Positions 27,165 to 36,153 of a DNA stretch of 40,804 nt are shown in pieces; positions within the stretch are counted from its first letter, which is position 1; each line of letters opens with the position of its first letter. The notes under the pieces are model-generated. The model was not told the DNA's origin and ran no database searches. It saw only the letters and a program-made list of their open reading frames with translations. This DNA is from a virus. Taxonomy: Duplodnaviria; Caudoviricetes. The stretch lies in the IMG/VR virus record IMGVR_UViG_3300009095_000030, positions 1 to 40,804 of that record; one strand, given 5' to 3'. A program made the translations under genes and the position numbers.

Positions 27165-27724
27165 CCGAGCAGACGCCGCTAGAGGGGCTGTACGCCCGCG
27201 AGAGCGCCCCGCAGGGGGAGGACGGGGAGTTGGAGGGGGCGGGCCGCGAAAGGCCGTCAGGCGGGCAGCAGGGGCCGCGAGGCTGGACCCAGCTCGAAGC
27301 GCGCGCCTTCAACGCCGTCCTCCCCGCCCTCCGTCAGGCCGGCGAATGGCTGCCCCTCTCCGCCCGTCGAGCCGTCGCCCAGGCCGTCCTCGCCGTCGTC
27401 GAACCCGAACTCCGCATCGCCGCCGCCCTCCACGAACTCGCCAGTGGCGTGCGAGACCTTGCCTCATCCGTCCGCCTGGAGAGCTCCGACCGGGCGCGCG
27501 GCGAAGTGTCGACCGACAGCGAACGCTGCTGCGGCTGCGGCAGTGGACCCGTTGTCTACCGCAACTTCGAGGACAACCCGTTCTGCGCGCACTGCGCGAA
27601 CTGCCCCTGCGGCCAGATCCCATGCGTGCGTCCCGAGCAGCAGCCCGCCCACAACGCCGGCCCGACCGTCGCCGAATGCGCCGCGGCCGACCGTCGCTGG
27701 CCGCTGGAGAAGCACGGCGAATAG
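27161..27724 (+). CDS. Hypothetical protein
   Basis: ATGA coupling; Cys cluster; AGPTVAECAAADRRWPLEKHGE terminus. Confidence 0.6.
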   Translation: MTEQTPLEGLYARESAPQGEDGELEGAGRERPSGGQQGPRGWTQLEARAFNAVLPALRQAGEWLPLSARRAVAQAVLAVVEPELRIAAALHELASGVRDLASSVRLESSDRARGEVSTDSERCCGCGSGPVVYRNFEDNPFCAHCANCPCGQIPCVRPEQQPAHNAGPTVAECAAADRRWPLEKHGE

Positions 27725-27770
27725 ACACACCGCCCCCAACCCGAACCGCCCCGCACCAAGGAGCACCGCC

Positions 27771-28379
27771 GTGATCGACGACGCCACCGACGCCACCCCC
27801 TGCGCCGTCTGCGACCGACCCGCCCGCGAACGCGTCCACCGCGGCTGCCGCGAACGCATCGACGCCAACCTGCGCGAACTCCCGCAGCTCTACCGGCAGC
27901 TCGGCACCGCCCTTCAGCCCGGCCGGCGCGGCGGCGACGGACGCACCGCCACCCGCACCGCGCCCCTGCCGTGCAACACCGACGCCCTCGACCTCCGCGC
28001 CCGCGGCGGAATCGAAGGCGTCGTCGGCGGCTGGGCACGCGACCTCTGCGAACGAGAGCAGTGGGACATTCCCGACTACCAGTCCGTCCAGGCCATCGTC
28101 GACTGGGGATGCCGGGTCCTCGCCGCCAACCTGACGATCATCTGCGACGAACACCCCGCCGTCCGGGAACTCGCCGACGAACTCCGGCAGATCACCGGCC
28201 AGGCCCGGCGCATCATCACCGGCGAGAAGCCGCCCCGCCGCATAGGCGTCCAGTGCTCCTGCGGGCACACCCTCCGCGTCACCCTCGACACCGCCGGCAT
28301 CCGCTGCCCCGCCTGCTCGACGCAGTACGGGCACAGCGAGGCACTCCGGCTGCCACTCGCCGAAAGGAGAGCCGCATGA
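27771..28379 (+). CDS. Zn-finger protein of the type found at the end of actinophage early regions
   Basis: AAGGAG RBS; CAVC...C, APLPC..DALDL, CSCG..L, CPAC. Confidence 0.7.
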   Translation: MIDDATDATPCAVCDRPARERVHRGCRERIDANLRELPQLYRQLGTALQPGRRGGDGRTATRTAPLPCNTDALDLRARGGIEGVVGGWARDLCEREQWDIPDYQSVQAIVDWGCRVLAANLTIICDEHPAVRELADELRQITGQARRIITGEKPPRRIGVQCSCGHTLRVTLDTAGIRCPACSTQYGHSEALRLPLAERRAA

Positions 28380-28465
28380 TCCTCTTCCTCTGCATCCTCG
28401 CCGCCCCTCTCGGCTACGCGCTCGGCGTCCTTATCGCCGACTTCCTCTGGCACATCACGCACTGA
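28376..28465 (+). CDS. Hydrophobic membrane peptide
   Basis: AAAGGAG RBS, ATGA coupling; MILFLCILAAPLGYALGVLIADFLWHITH. Confidence 0.5.
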   Translation: MILFLCILAAPLGYALGVLIADFLWHITH

Positions 28466-28469
28466 CCGA

Positions 28470-28516
28470 ACAGCGAAGGGCCCCGACCGCATCCAGCGGT
28501 CGGGGCCCTTCGCTGT
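28470..28516. terminator. Strong bidirectional hairpin terminator
   Basis: ACAGCGAAGGGCCCCGACCGC-ATCCA-GCGGTCGGGGCCCTTCGCTGT between convergent genes. Confidence 0.85.
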
Positions 28517-28518
28517 GC

Positions 28519-28815
28519 TCAGGCGTGCGACACCTCGAGCGGCGCCGGCACAGGCGGAGCCGTCAGTCCCAGACCCTCGGCCAGCAGCATTCGCGCCGCC
28601 GTGTCCCGCTCGAACTCCGGCCGGCCGACCGGCATCGACAGGACCCGGCTGCCATCCCGGCGCTCGACCAGGGCGCCGAAGAACGTGGCGTCGGTGATCG
28701 GCGAGTCCGTCAGCTCCACTTCCAGCTCGGCGAGCAGCTGGGGGAGAGGAGTGTCGAGGAGACGCTCTGTCGACAAAGCGCCGCGCGCTAACGCGGGCGT
28801 GCCGCTACTCTGCAT
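28519..28815 (-). CDS. Hypothetical protein
   Basis: GGAG RBS; LLDTPLPQLL...FFGA...MPVGR..ERDTAARMLL. Confidence 0.65.
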   Translation of the reverse strand: MQSSGTPALARGALSTERLLDTPLPQLLAELEVELTDSPITDATFFGALVERRDGSRVLSMPVGRPEFERDTAARMLLAEGLGLTAPPVPAPLEVSHA

Positions 28816-28978
28816 GGGTAACTCCAATCCGGACAGGTTGGGTTGCTGATCGACGAGTCGCCACTCGTCGGTCGAACAGGCCGGGCGGTCGCCACCGCCC
28901 GGCCGTTCGCGTTTCAGGACGCTAGCCGGGTTTCCAGGAACTGCGTGCCTGGGGTCTGCAATTCGCACGACCCTGCCG

Positions 28979-29392
28979 TCAGCGCGGCAAGACCTCGTCG
29001 AGGTACTCCTGCACCGGCCCGAACAGGCCGTAGGGCACGTACTCGGCGATCTCCCCGTGGGACACCCAGGCGACCGCGTCCAGCTCCTCGTTATCCGCGA
29101 CCCGGGCCTCGCCCTCGACGACCTCGCACGCCGTGTACGACATCGCCCGGCCCGTCTTCGGGTGCACGCGCTCGCCGAGCAGTCGGACCGCCTTCACCGT
29201 CAGCCCCGTCTCCTCGCCGGCCTCCCGCACGGCCGCCTCCTCGGCGCCCTCGCCGGGCTCGATCGCACCTGCGGGGAACTGCCACATCAGCTCGCCCTCG
29301 GAGACGCGGCGTCGCACCATCAGCACCTTCCCGTCGGCCACGATGATCGCGGCGCTGATGCCCGGCTTCTCGGTGGTCGTCTCGGTCGTCAT
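28979..29392 (-). CDS. Nudix hydrolase
   Basis: Canonical Nudix box GAIEPGEGAEEAAVREAGEETGL. Confidence 0.92.
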   Translation of the reverse strand: MTTETTTEKPGISAAIIVADGKVLMVRRRVSEGELMWQFPAGAIEPGEGAEEAAVREAGEETGLTVKAVRLLGERVHPKTGRAMSYTACEVVEGEARVADNEELDAVAWVSHGEIAEYVPYGLFGPVQEYLDEVLPR

Positions 29393-30027
29393 GCAATCGC
29401 CTCCAGGGCGGTCAGGATGGGCGGGAAGATCTGGTCCTGCGGGATGAAGCGGGTCAGCGCGGCGCGCGGCACGAAGGCGACGTCGACGTTCTCCAGCGGG
29501 TCACGGTTCGCCGGTTCGCCGGCGAGATGGTCGGCGAGGAAGTAGGCGGCCACCACCCCGGTCACTGGGTGGACGCGCTCGCCCAGCGGCTCGCGGATCG
29601 TGCAGTGCACTCCGGTCTCGCCGTGGGTCTCCTGCACGGCCACCGTGGCCGGGTCAGCGCCGGGCTTGACCATGCCGGCCGGGAACTGCCAGCGCAGCTC
29701 GCCGTCACCACGCCTGCACACCAGCAGTACGTCGTTACCTCGCAGCACGACCGCTATCGCTACCCGCAGGGCCTGGGCTTCCATGCGCGGGGCAGGCGGG
29801 CGCAACAGGAGCGCGAACCGTCGCTGCACTTCCTCACCCGCCTCCCTGTGTGCGATGTCCAGGATCTGCTGCACCTCGGTCCGGTGGACCATCTCGGGTG
29901 CGGCATGCCATCGGCTGACGGTGCGCTCCGAGATTCCGAGGCGTTCGGCGAACGCCTCGTTCGTCATCCGCATCGCCTGCTGGAGAAGGCAGGCGGTGCG
30001 GCCGGTCCACGTGTCTACGACGTCCAC
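29389..30027 (-). CDS. XRE-HTH-Nudix fusion with degenerate Nudix box
   Basis: FAERLGISERTVSRW HTH; GMVKPGADPATVAVQETHGETGV. Confidence 0.88.
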   Translation of the reverse strand: MDVVDTWTGRTACLLQQAMRMTNEAFAERLGISERTVSRWHAAPEMVHRTEVQQILDIAHREAGEEVQRRFALLLRPPAPRMEAQALRVAIAVVLRGNDVLLVCRRGDGELRWQFPAGMVKPGADPATVAVQETHGETGVHCTIREPLGERVHPVTGVVAAYFLADHLAGEPANRDPLENVDVAFVPRAALTRFIPQDQIFPPILTALEAIA

Positions 30028-30108
30028 AATGGGGCTCCCGTGCTCGTTGCGCTCGGGTCTGGCGGGCTGGCGGCGGGGCGGTGTCGCCGCGGTGTCGGGT
30101 TGTGCTCG

Positions 30109-30441
30109 CTATGGCGTTGTCGTGTCGGGGGAGCGTCCTTCCTCCGCGCGCATGGAAGGCGTTGGCTGGGTGGCATGACCACGCTTCCGCTTGGCGCTCC
30201 GCCCCCGCGCGAGCGCCTCCGCCCACGAGCTAGTGCGGTTGAACAGACGGCCGACTTCCGCCCAGCTGCGTTCCTGGTGCAGTTCCTGCACGGCCTCCCT
30301 CTGGATGGCGTAGAGGCTCCGGTCGGCCGCCGCGATCTGATCGCGGACCTCGCGGGCTACGGTGCCGCGCTGAACGGGGTCTTCGATGGCTGCTACTTCG
30401 GCGACTCTCGCCTCCAGTGCCTTCGTGAACTCGTCTGTCAT
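30109..30441 (-). CDS. Putative HTH repressor of the transfer operon (Kor-like position)
   Basis: R.AVQELH..RSWAEVGRLF HTH-like; divergent from transfer operon. Confidence 0.6.
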   Translation of the reverse strand: MTDEFTKALEARVAEVAAIEDPVQRGTVAREVRDQIAAADRSLYAIQREAVQELHQERSWAEVGRLFNRTSSWAEALARGRSAKRKRGHATQPTPSMRAEEGRSPDTTTP

Positions 30442-30472
30442 GGCCTCAGCGTAGGTGGCAACACGCCAGTTC

Positions 30473-30520
30473 TCAATACGGTGTTGACACCTCGTCGGGT
30501 CGCCTTCAAGATGGTGTTGA
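30473..30520 (+). promoter_or_regulatory. Promoter with two overlapping operator repeats
   Basis: TTGACA(30484)-N17-CAAGAT(30507); TCAAnAnGGTGTTGA at 30473 and 30506. Confidence 0.7.
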
Positions 30521-30649
30521 AGCCGACGGCGCTCCACCGCCCGAAGCGTCACGCACTGCTCCACCGGTGCTCACAAACGAAGACGGGCCGGACACCGCGA
30601 CTCCACTCGCAGGCCGGCCCTAACCACCAGGTTCTGTAGAGGAGACCCT

Positions 30650-30946
30650 GTGGCTACCCAGATCGTACCGGCGCCCGTCCGCGCCGAGGACCAGGGGCTG
30701 ACCCTGGCCGACCGCCTCGCCCACGAGGCCGCTTCCCACGTGACCGAGGCCGCCCTCGCGGCCGGCTATCTCCGCAACCACGCCCGGCACGGCGAGCACG
30801 ACGCCTGGCTCACCCACGGCCGCCCGCTCGCCGCTCGCCTCGGACTGGACGGCGACGCCTGGTCGCAGCGTCAGCAGCTGCCGTCGATGGCCCGGACCGT
30901 TCTGGCCGCCGCCGGCCAGCTGCACCTGATCGAGGCGGGGTCGTGA
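30650..30946 (+). CDS. Hypothetical protein, first gene of transfer operon
   Basis: GAGGAG RBS before GTG. Confidence 0.65.
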   Translation: MATQIVPAPVRAEDQGLTLADRLAHEAASHVTEAALAAGYLRNHARHGEHDAWLTHGRPLAARLGLDGDAWSQRQQLPSMARTVLAAAGQLHLIEAGS

Positions 30947-31052
30947 TGGCCGCCGACGGCAAGCCGGTTCCGCCGCCGTCGGAGCCGACGCGGGACCTGC
31001 CGCCGCTGCCCCGTGAGACCGCGGCCCGCCGCCGGGTGCTGGCGACGAGGCG

Positions 31053-31253
31053 GTGGTGATGGTGTCGCGTATCGAGCTGGACAACGGCGACCGCCAGGCC
31101 GTGGAGCACGCCCGCCGCCTGCTCCGGGAGAACGAGCCGGAAGCTCGCCCGGCTGACGAGGACGACGCCAAGGCGTGGCAGGTGGACCGGATCGGCAAGC
31201 TGTGTGCAGCCGTCGACATCCTGCTGCGGGTCATCGACGGAGGCAAGTCATGA
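31053..31253 (+). CDS. Small hypothetical protein
   Basis: GAGGCGG upstream; 66 aa, start uncertain. Confidence 0.5.
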   Translation: MVMVSRIELDNGDRQAVEHARRLLRENEPEARPADEDDAKAWQVDRIGKLCAAVDILLRVIDGGKS

Positions 31254-31424
31254 CCGACGCCGAGCGTGCAGAGCTGTCGCGCAAGGTCGCCGAGGCCAAC
31301 CGGCAGTCGACCAACCGCCCCAAGTAGGGCCCCTCTATCGCCGCGGGCGGTGTCCGTCCCCCCGTCTGCCGTCCGCGGCTCCCCCCTCTTCCACACCCCT
31401 TCGACCTGAGAGGTCTATCCCGTC

Positions 31425-31628
31425 ATGCCCACGCTCACCCTGATCGCGTCCGCGCCGTCGTCGGACTCCGAGTACCGCACCGGTCTGATCCGCCGCTACC
31501 TGTCCGCCGCCGACTGGGCGGAGGAGGTGCGGCTGCTGGCCGAGGCCGCCGACTACGACCGGTCCAACCCGGGCGCGCCGTCCCTCGTCGACGAGCTCCT
31601 CGGCGCCGGCCTTCCCGCCGCGGCCTGA
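31425..31628 (+). CDS. Small hypothetical protein
   Basis: GAGAGG RBS; 67 aa. Confidence 0.6.
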   Translation: MPTLTLIASAPSSDSEYRTGLIRRYLSAADWAEEVRLLAEAADYDRSNPGAPSLVDELLGAGLPAAA

Positions 31629-31699
31629 CCCCCTGATCCCCCGGGCCCAGTACATCCCCCAGCTGGGCCCGGCACCCAACCACCCGGAGAGGAAGCACC

Positions 31700-32119
31700 A
31701 TGACCGAGTCCCTTGAGGCCATCCGCTACACCGCCGACGTCGTCGTCACCACGACCGACGGCCACGTGCTGCTGATCGAGCGGGGCTGGGAGCCGTTCAA
31801 GGGCCAGTGGGCGCTGCCCGGTGGCTACGTCGACCCCGGCGAGACCAGCCGCGCCGCCGCCGCCCGCGAGCTGGCCGAGGAGGCCAGCGTGTACGCGGCC
31901 CCCGAGGAGCTGACGCAGGTCGGCGTCTTTGACCAGCCCCACCGCGACCCCCGCGGCCGGTTCGTCACCGTCGCCTACCAGCTGACCGTGATCTCCGGGC
32001 TGCCCATCAAGGCCGGTGACGACGCCACCCGCGCCGAGTGGTGGCCGCTGAGCGACCTGCCGCCGCTCGCGTTCGACCACGCCGACATCATCCGCGCCGC
32101 CGTGGCGGCCAGCCACTGA
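31700..32119 (+). CDS. Nudix hydrolase (AICE-type, Pif/NrtR-like)
   Basis: WALPGGYVDPGETSRAAAARELAEE, RDPRGR, AGDDA, LAFDH. Confidence 0.92.
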   Translation: MTESLEAIRYTADVVVTTTDGHVLLIERGWEPFKGQWALPGGYVDPGETSRAAAARELAEEASVYAAPEELTQVGVFDQPHRDPRGRFVTVAYQLTVISGLPIKAGDDATRAEWWPLSDLPPLAFDHADIIRAAVAASH

Positions 32120-32219
32120 CCCACCCAGCCCCGGTCCCGGCGTGATGCTGCCGGATCGGATCCGGCCCGGGGCGCCACACCGACTCCACCCATCCGTTCC
32201 GACCCTCAGTGAGGTCGTC

Positions 32220-32420
32220 ATGCTCCGCATCGTCCTGTGGCTGCTCCTTGCCGCCTACCTGATCACCGTCGGCCTGTGGTCGTCGGCCGCCGCCCCGGTC
32301 ATGTGGGCGCTCGCCGGCGCAGGCACGCTCCTCGCCGCGATCCCGGGCCCGGTGCTCGCGCTCGGCGGGGTCATCGCCTGGCTGAAGCACCGGCCCGCCG
32401 CTCCGGTGGTGAGCGACTGA
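32220..32420 (+). CDS. Small membrane protein (Spd-like)
   Basis: GAGG RBS; almost entirely hydrophobic 66 aa. Confidence 0.65.
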   Translation: MLRIVLWLLLAAYLITVGLWSSAAAPVMWALAGAGTLLAAIPGPVLALGGVIAWLKHRPAAPVVSD

Positions 32421-32608
32421 TGGCCTGGCACAACGAGGTCGAAGGCGGCTCGGCCCGCACCGACGACAGCCGCGGGCCCAAGCCGGTCCGATCCTGGCAG
32501 CCGACCAGCCCCGGCGAGAACCACTTCGGCGGGATCGCCCCCGTCCTGTCGCCCCGCGAGGGCGAATCCACCCGCCTGTACCGACGCGCCCGCGTCACCG
32601 CGAGCTGA
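32420..32608 (+). CDS. Small hypothetical protein
   Basis: TGATG coupling; MAWHNEVEGG... Confidence 0.5.
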   Translation: MAWHNEVEGGSARTDDSRGPKPVRSWQPTSPGENHFGGIAPVLSPREGESTRLYRRARVTAS

Positions 32609-32628
32609 ACCCGAGAGGACTGATCACC

Positions 32629-33912
32629 GTGACCGCCACGTCGATCGAAAAGGCCAACGGCCACGCCGTGGCCGAGCGCGGCTTCGACGCCGTCGCGCTG
32701 GCCAAGGCGGAGGCGATCCGAACCGAAGCCGCCGCCAAGGCCGAAGCCCTCCGTATCAAGGCGCAGGGTGAAGCCGAGGCCGAGAAGATCCTCGCCGCCG
32801 AGAAGGCCGAGAAGGAGCGCATCGCCAACGAGCGCGCCGCCATGCGCCTGGAGAAGGAGCGCGCCGACCACGTCGCGCACCTCGCCAAGAAGGAAGCCGA
32901 GGCGGCCAAGGCGCTCGCCGAGAAGCAGAAGACCGAGCAGGCCACCGCCGACGAGGCGGAGCGGCAGGCGCAGCAGCTGGCAGAGCAGGAGCGCAGCGAG
33001 AACCTGTGGAAGTGGGGCGCCCGCGGCATCTACCTCGTCGGCCTGATCATCGCCGCCCCGGTGCAGTTCATGCACTTCTGGGACCGCGAGCGGCCCTTCC
33101 TCGTCGCTGCCCCCGCCCTGCTCGAAGGGCTCGCCCTCGTCCTCGCGGCCGGCGCTGCCTGGGCAGTCGCCCACCGACGGGACGTCCTGCCCTACCGGAT
33201 CGGCATCATGCTCAGCGCGATCATCGCTGCCGCGATCAACATGTACGGCGGCATGACCGACGACCGGATCGGCTTCAACGCCGGTCTGATCGGCGCCATC
33301 GCCTCCCTGGGCGGGCCCATCGTGCTCATGGCCTACGAGCACGGCATCGCGCAGAAGGCCGACGGCATCCCGTCCTGGCGGGAGCGCCGGGCCGCTGAGC
33401 GGAAGGCGGCTGAGGAGAAGAAGGCGCGCGAGAAGGCCCGCCGCGAGAAGGCGGACGCCGAGGCGGCTGCCGAGGCAGCCAAGGCGCTCGCCGAGGCCCG
33501 TGCGCTGGAGGAGCAGAAGCGCAAGGACACGGACCGGCAACAGCACCACCCCGAGGTGTGGAAGGTCGCCGAGGCGATGCGCTCGGCCCGCGGCTCCCAG
33601 TACGTCACCGAGCAGATCTGGGCCGACGCCTGGTACCGCGTCACCGGCTCCAAGACAGTCGGCATCACCCCCGAGATCGAGGAGCTGACGCAGGCCGCGC
33701 AGTTCCGGATGCGGGCCGTCACCGAGGCCCCCATAAGGGGTGACTTCTCGCTGGTCGAATCCCAAAAGGTCACCCACTCGAAGAAGGACCCCGACGCCCC
33801 CGACGGACGCCGCAACAACGGCGGCACCCCGCCCGTCCGTAGGCCCGGCCAGACCGCCCCGCTCCACCCCATCGCCCGCAAGCAGGCCGCCCTCGAACAG
33901 AAGAAGGACTGA
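32629..33912 (+). CDS. Coiled-coil, four-TM membrane protein (SpdB2-like architecture)
   Basis: A/E/K-rich coiled coils flanking about four hydrophobic helices; directly upstream of TraB-like gene. Confidence 0.7.
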   Translation: MTATSIEKANGHAVAERGFDAVALAKAEAIRTEAAAKAEALRIKAQGEAEAEKILAAEKAEKERIANERAAMRLEKERADHVAHLAKKEAEAAKALAEKQKTEQATADEAERQAQQLAEQERSENLWKWGARGIYLVGLIIAAPVQFMHFWDRERPFLVAAPALLEGLALVLAAGAAWAVAHRRDVLPYRIGIMLSAIIAAAINMYGGMTDDRIGFNAGLIGAIASLGGPIVLMAYEHGIAQKADGIPSWRERRAAERKAAEEKKAREKARREKADAEAAAEAAKALAEARALEEQKRKDTDRQQHHPEVWKVAEAMRSARGSQYVTEQIWADAWYRVTGSKTVGITPEIEELTQAAQFRMRAVTEAPIRGDFSLVESQKVTHSKKDPDAPDGRRNNGGTPPVRRPGQTAPLHPIARKQAALEQKKD

Positions 33913-33918
33913 CCCGCC

Positions 33919-35967
33919 ATGGCCACCCCCACCACCGACCGCAAGACCGTGGCGGTCCCCACCCAGCCGACCGTGGTCGGCCCCGTCGAGCAGGTCGTCG
34001 ACAAGCGGCCCGCGGTCCCGCAGCGGCAGCTGCCCGCATGGATCCACTCCAAGGCCGCCCTCGCCCGCCGTACCGCCCGCGCGGTCGGCCACCACCCGTC
34101 CGTCATCTGGATCGGCTGGTCCGCGCGCGGCTGGTGGCACATCGCCCGCATCGAGCGCGACAAGATGGTCGGCGACTACCCGCAGATGATCCGCACCGCC
34201 CGCGCCCAGCTGAAGGCCGTCAAGGGCGACGTGGCCAAGGAGAGCCAGTTCGAGGCCGTCGTCAACCGGCGCACCCAGCAGCTGAAGGACCGCCGCACCC
34301 GCTACCTCATCACCCGCGGCGCCGCGCTCGCCCCGCTGGCCGGTGCCGCCGGCTACGGGATGGTCGAGTGCGGCACGTGGATCAGCGTCCTGTACGCGAT
34401 GGCCGCCGTCGCGGCCGGCGTGTGGAAGGGGCGCCCCAAGGGTGTCGACCCGGGCAAGGTGGAGATCGCTGCCGAGGACGGGGATCCGTTCCCGATCGCT
34501 GACGCCCGCACCCGCACCGAAGCCGCCGAGTGTGTGCGCCGCGCCCTCGTCTCCGAGGGCATCCACGTGAAGGAGGTGGAGGCCAACCGGCGCTACGACT
34601 GGGGCTGGGAGGTCACCGTCCACCTGGCCAAGGGCAAGCCGGCCGACATCGTCTCCAAAGCGCCCGACCTGGAGACTCCGCTCGACCTGCCGCAGGACGG
34701 GCTGCTGTGCCAGCCGATGCGCTCCTCACGCGGGCGCGTGCTGCTGCGGCTCGTGCAGAACGACCCGTTCGCGAAGATGCCGCCGGCGCCTGAGCGGGGG
34801 CCCAACAGCCGTCGCATGCGGGACAGGCAGGTCGTCGCATACCGCATGGACGGGCAGCCGTTCGCGGTGAGCCTCCTCGGCGTCCACGCCCTCGTGATCG
34901 CCTCCTCGGGCGGTGGAAAGTCCGTCACCCTGCGCACCCTCGGCGACATCCTCACCGCCTGCTCCGACGTTCTCGTCGGCGACCTCGACCCGGGTGGCAA
35001 CGGGCTCGCCCCGCTCGCCGAGGCCCTCGGCGTCCGGGCGATCGGCGACGACAACATGGGCCAGATCGAGGCGATCCTGGAGAAGGCGTTGAAGATCGCG
35101 AAGGCGCGGCCGAGCCTGTTCGCCGAACTCGGCATGGACGACAATTGGGAGCCCACCCCCGAGGACCCGGCGATCGTCCTCGTCATCGACGAGTTCCCGC
35201 AGCTGTCCGACCGGGCGAAGGAACTCGCGGTGAAGATCCTCCGGGCGGGCCGCAAGTCCCGCGTGCAGCTCATCATGGCCGCGCAGGAAGCCACCGTCGA
35301 CTCCCTCGGTGACGCCATCGCCGACTCGATCGCCCTGAAGATCGTCGGCCCGTCCCGGCACCAGGACATCAAGCAGGTCTTCGGCACCGGCGCGGGCGCC
35401 GACGGATGGCGGCCCGACCGCCTCCACCCCGCCCAGGGCGAGGACCCGGCCGACGCCGGCAAGGCCTACATCATGGGCTGCGGCTCCACCGAGCCGATGA
35501 TCTACAAGTTTCTGATGCTCGACGTGAAGGAAGCCACCCGTCGCGGCAAGGAGCGCGCCGCGGCAGGCCGCCCCACCGTCGGCCGGCGCTCCCTCGACGC
35601 CGCGGGCCTGGACCACTTCGGCGTCACCGAGGCGGACCGGCTCCGCTCCGACCTGCCGAAGATCGTGATGATGGTGCGGGGCGCGTTCGCAGCCGACGAC
35701 GACCCGCGCTTCCTGTCGACGTCGGCGATCTGGGAGTACCTCGCGGCCCACGACCCCGACACCTGGGCGCTGTCCCTGTTCGGCGACGACGAGGTCAAGG
35801 CCCGGCGCACGGCCGCGCAGAAGGTCACCGCCGAGCTGAAGCGGGCCGTGGACGCGATGGGTCTCGACATCGACATGACGACCACCCAGATCACCGGCGG
35901 GGCGCGTGGCTACCGCCTGGAGACGATCAAGCAGATTACCGGCGAGAGCGTCGCTGAGGCCGCCTGA
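33919..35967 (+). CDS. traB: TraB-like FtsK/SpoIIIE DNA translocase (Streptomyces plasmid/AICE transfer protein)
   Basis: Two N-terminal TM segments; HALVIASSGGGKS Walker A; IVLVIDE Walker B; GRK.RV.LI.AAQ; wHTH-like C-terminus ending ARGYRLETI. Confidence 0.82.
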   Translation: MATPTTDRKTVAVPTQPTVVGPVEQVVDKRPAVPQRQLPAWIHSKAALARRTARAVGHHPSVIWIGWSARGWWHIARIERDKMVGDYPQMIRTARAQLKAVKGDVAKESQFEAVVNRRTQQLKDRRTRYLITRGAALAPLAGAAGYGMVECGTWISVLYAMAAVAAGVWKGRPKGVDPGKVEIAAEDGDPFPIADARTRTEAAECVRRALVSEGIHVKEVEANRRYDWGWEVTVHLAKGKPADIVSKAPDLETPLDLPQDGLLCQPMRSSRGRVLLRLVQNDPFAKMPPAPERGPNSRRMRDRQVVAYRMDGQPFAVSLLGVHALVIASSGGGKSVTLRTLGDILTACSDVLVGDLDPGGNGLAPLAEALGVRAIGDDNMGQIEAILEKALKIAKARPSLFAELGMDDNWEPTPEDPAIVLVIDEFPQLSDRAKELAVKILRAGRKSRVQLIMAAQEATVDSLGDAIADSIALKIVGPSRHQDIKQVFGTGAGADGWRPDRLHPAQGEDPADAGKAYIMGCGSTEPMIYKFLMLDVKEATRRGKERAAAGRPTVGRRSLDAAGLDHFGVTEADRLRSDLPKIVMMVRGAFAADDDPRFLSTSAIWEYLAAHDPDTWALSLFGDDEVKARRTAAQKVTAELKRAVDAMGLDIDMTTTQITGGARGYRLETIKQITGESVAEAA

Positions 35968-35970
35968 GAG

Positions 35971-36131
35971 GCCGTGACGGGGTTGTGACGCCGCAGGTCA
36001 CAGCCGTGACGGCAGTCGTGACGGGGTCGTGATTCTCCGCCTGGGGTCGTGACGCCGTCACAGCTCATCACGACCCCCATCACGGCCCTGACCTGCACTG
36101 TCACGACCCATCACGACCACCGTAACGACCC
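35971..36131. repeat. clt-like repeat array (putative TraB recognition locus)
   Basis: GTGACG-type repeats at 35974, 35985, 36006, 36018, 36029 (variant), 36049, then inverted TCAC(G) copies near 36058, 36068, 36080, 36101, 36111. Confidence 0.7.
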
Positions 36132-36153
36132 GGAAAGCGAAGGAGATCCCGAA

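Noticed and set aside
33919-35967. FtsK ATPase as phage packaging motor or type VII secretion EccC
   Set aside because: Single ATPase domain with TM anchor, wHTH-like tail and adjacent repeats fits TraB; HNH and tail genes point to terminase packaging
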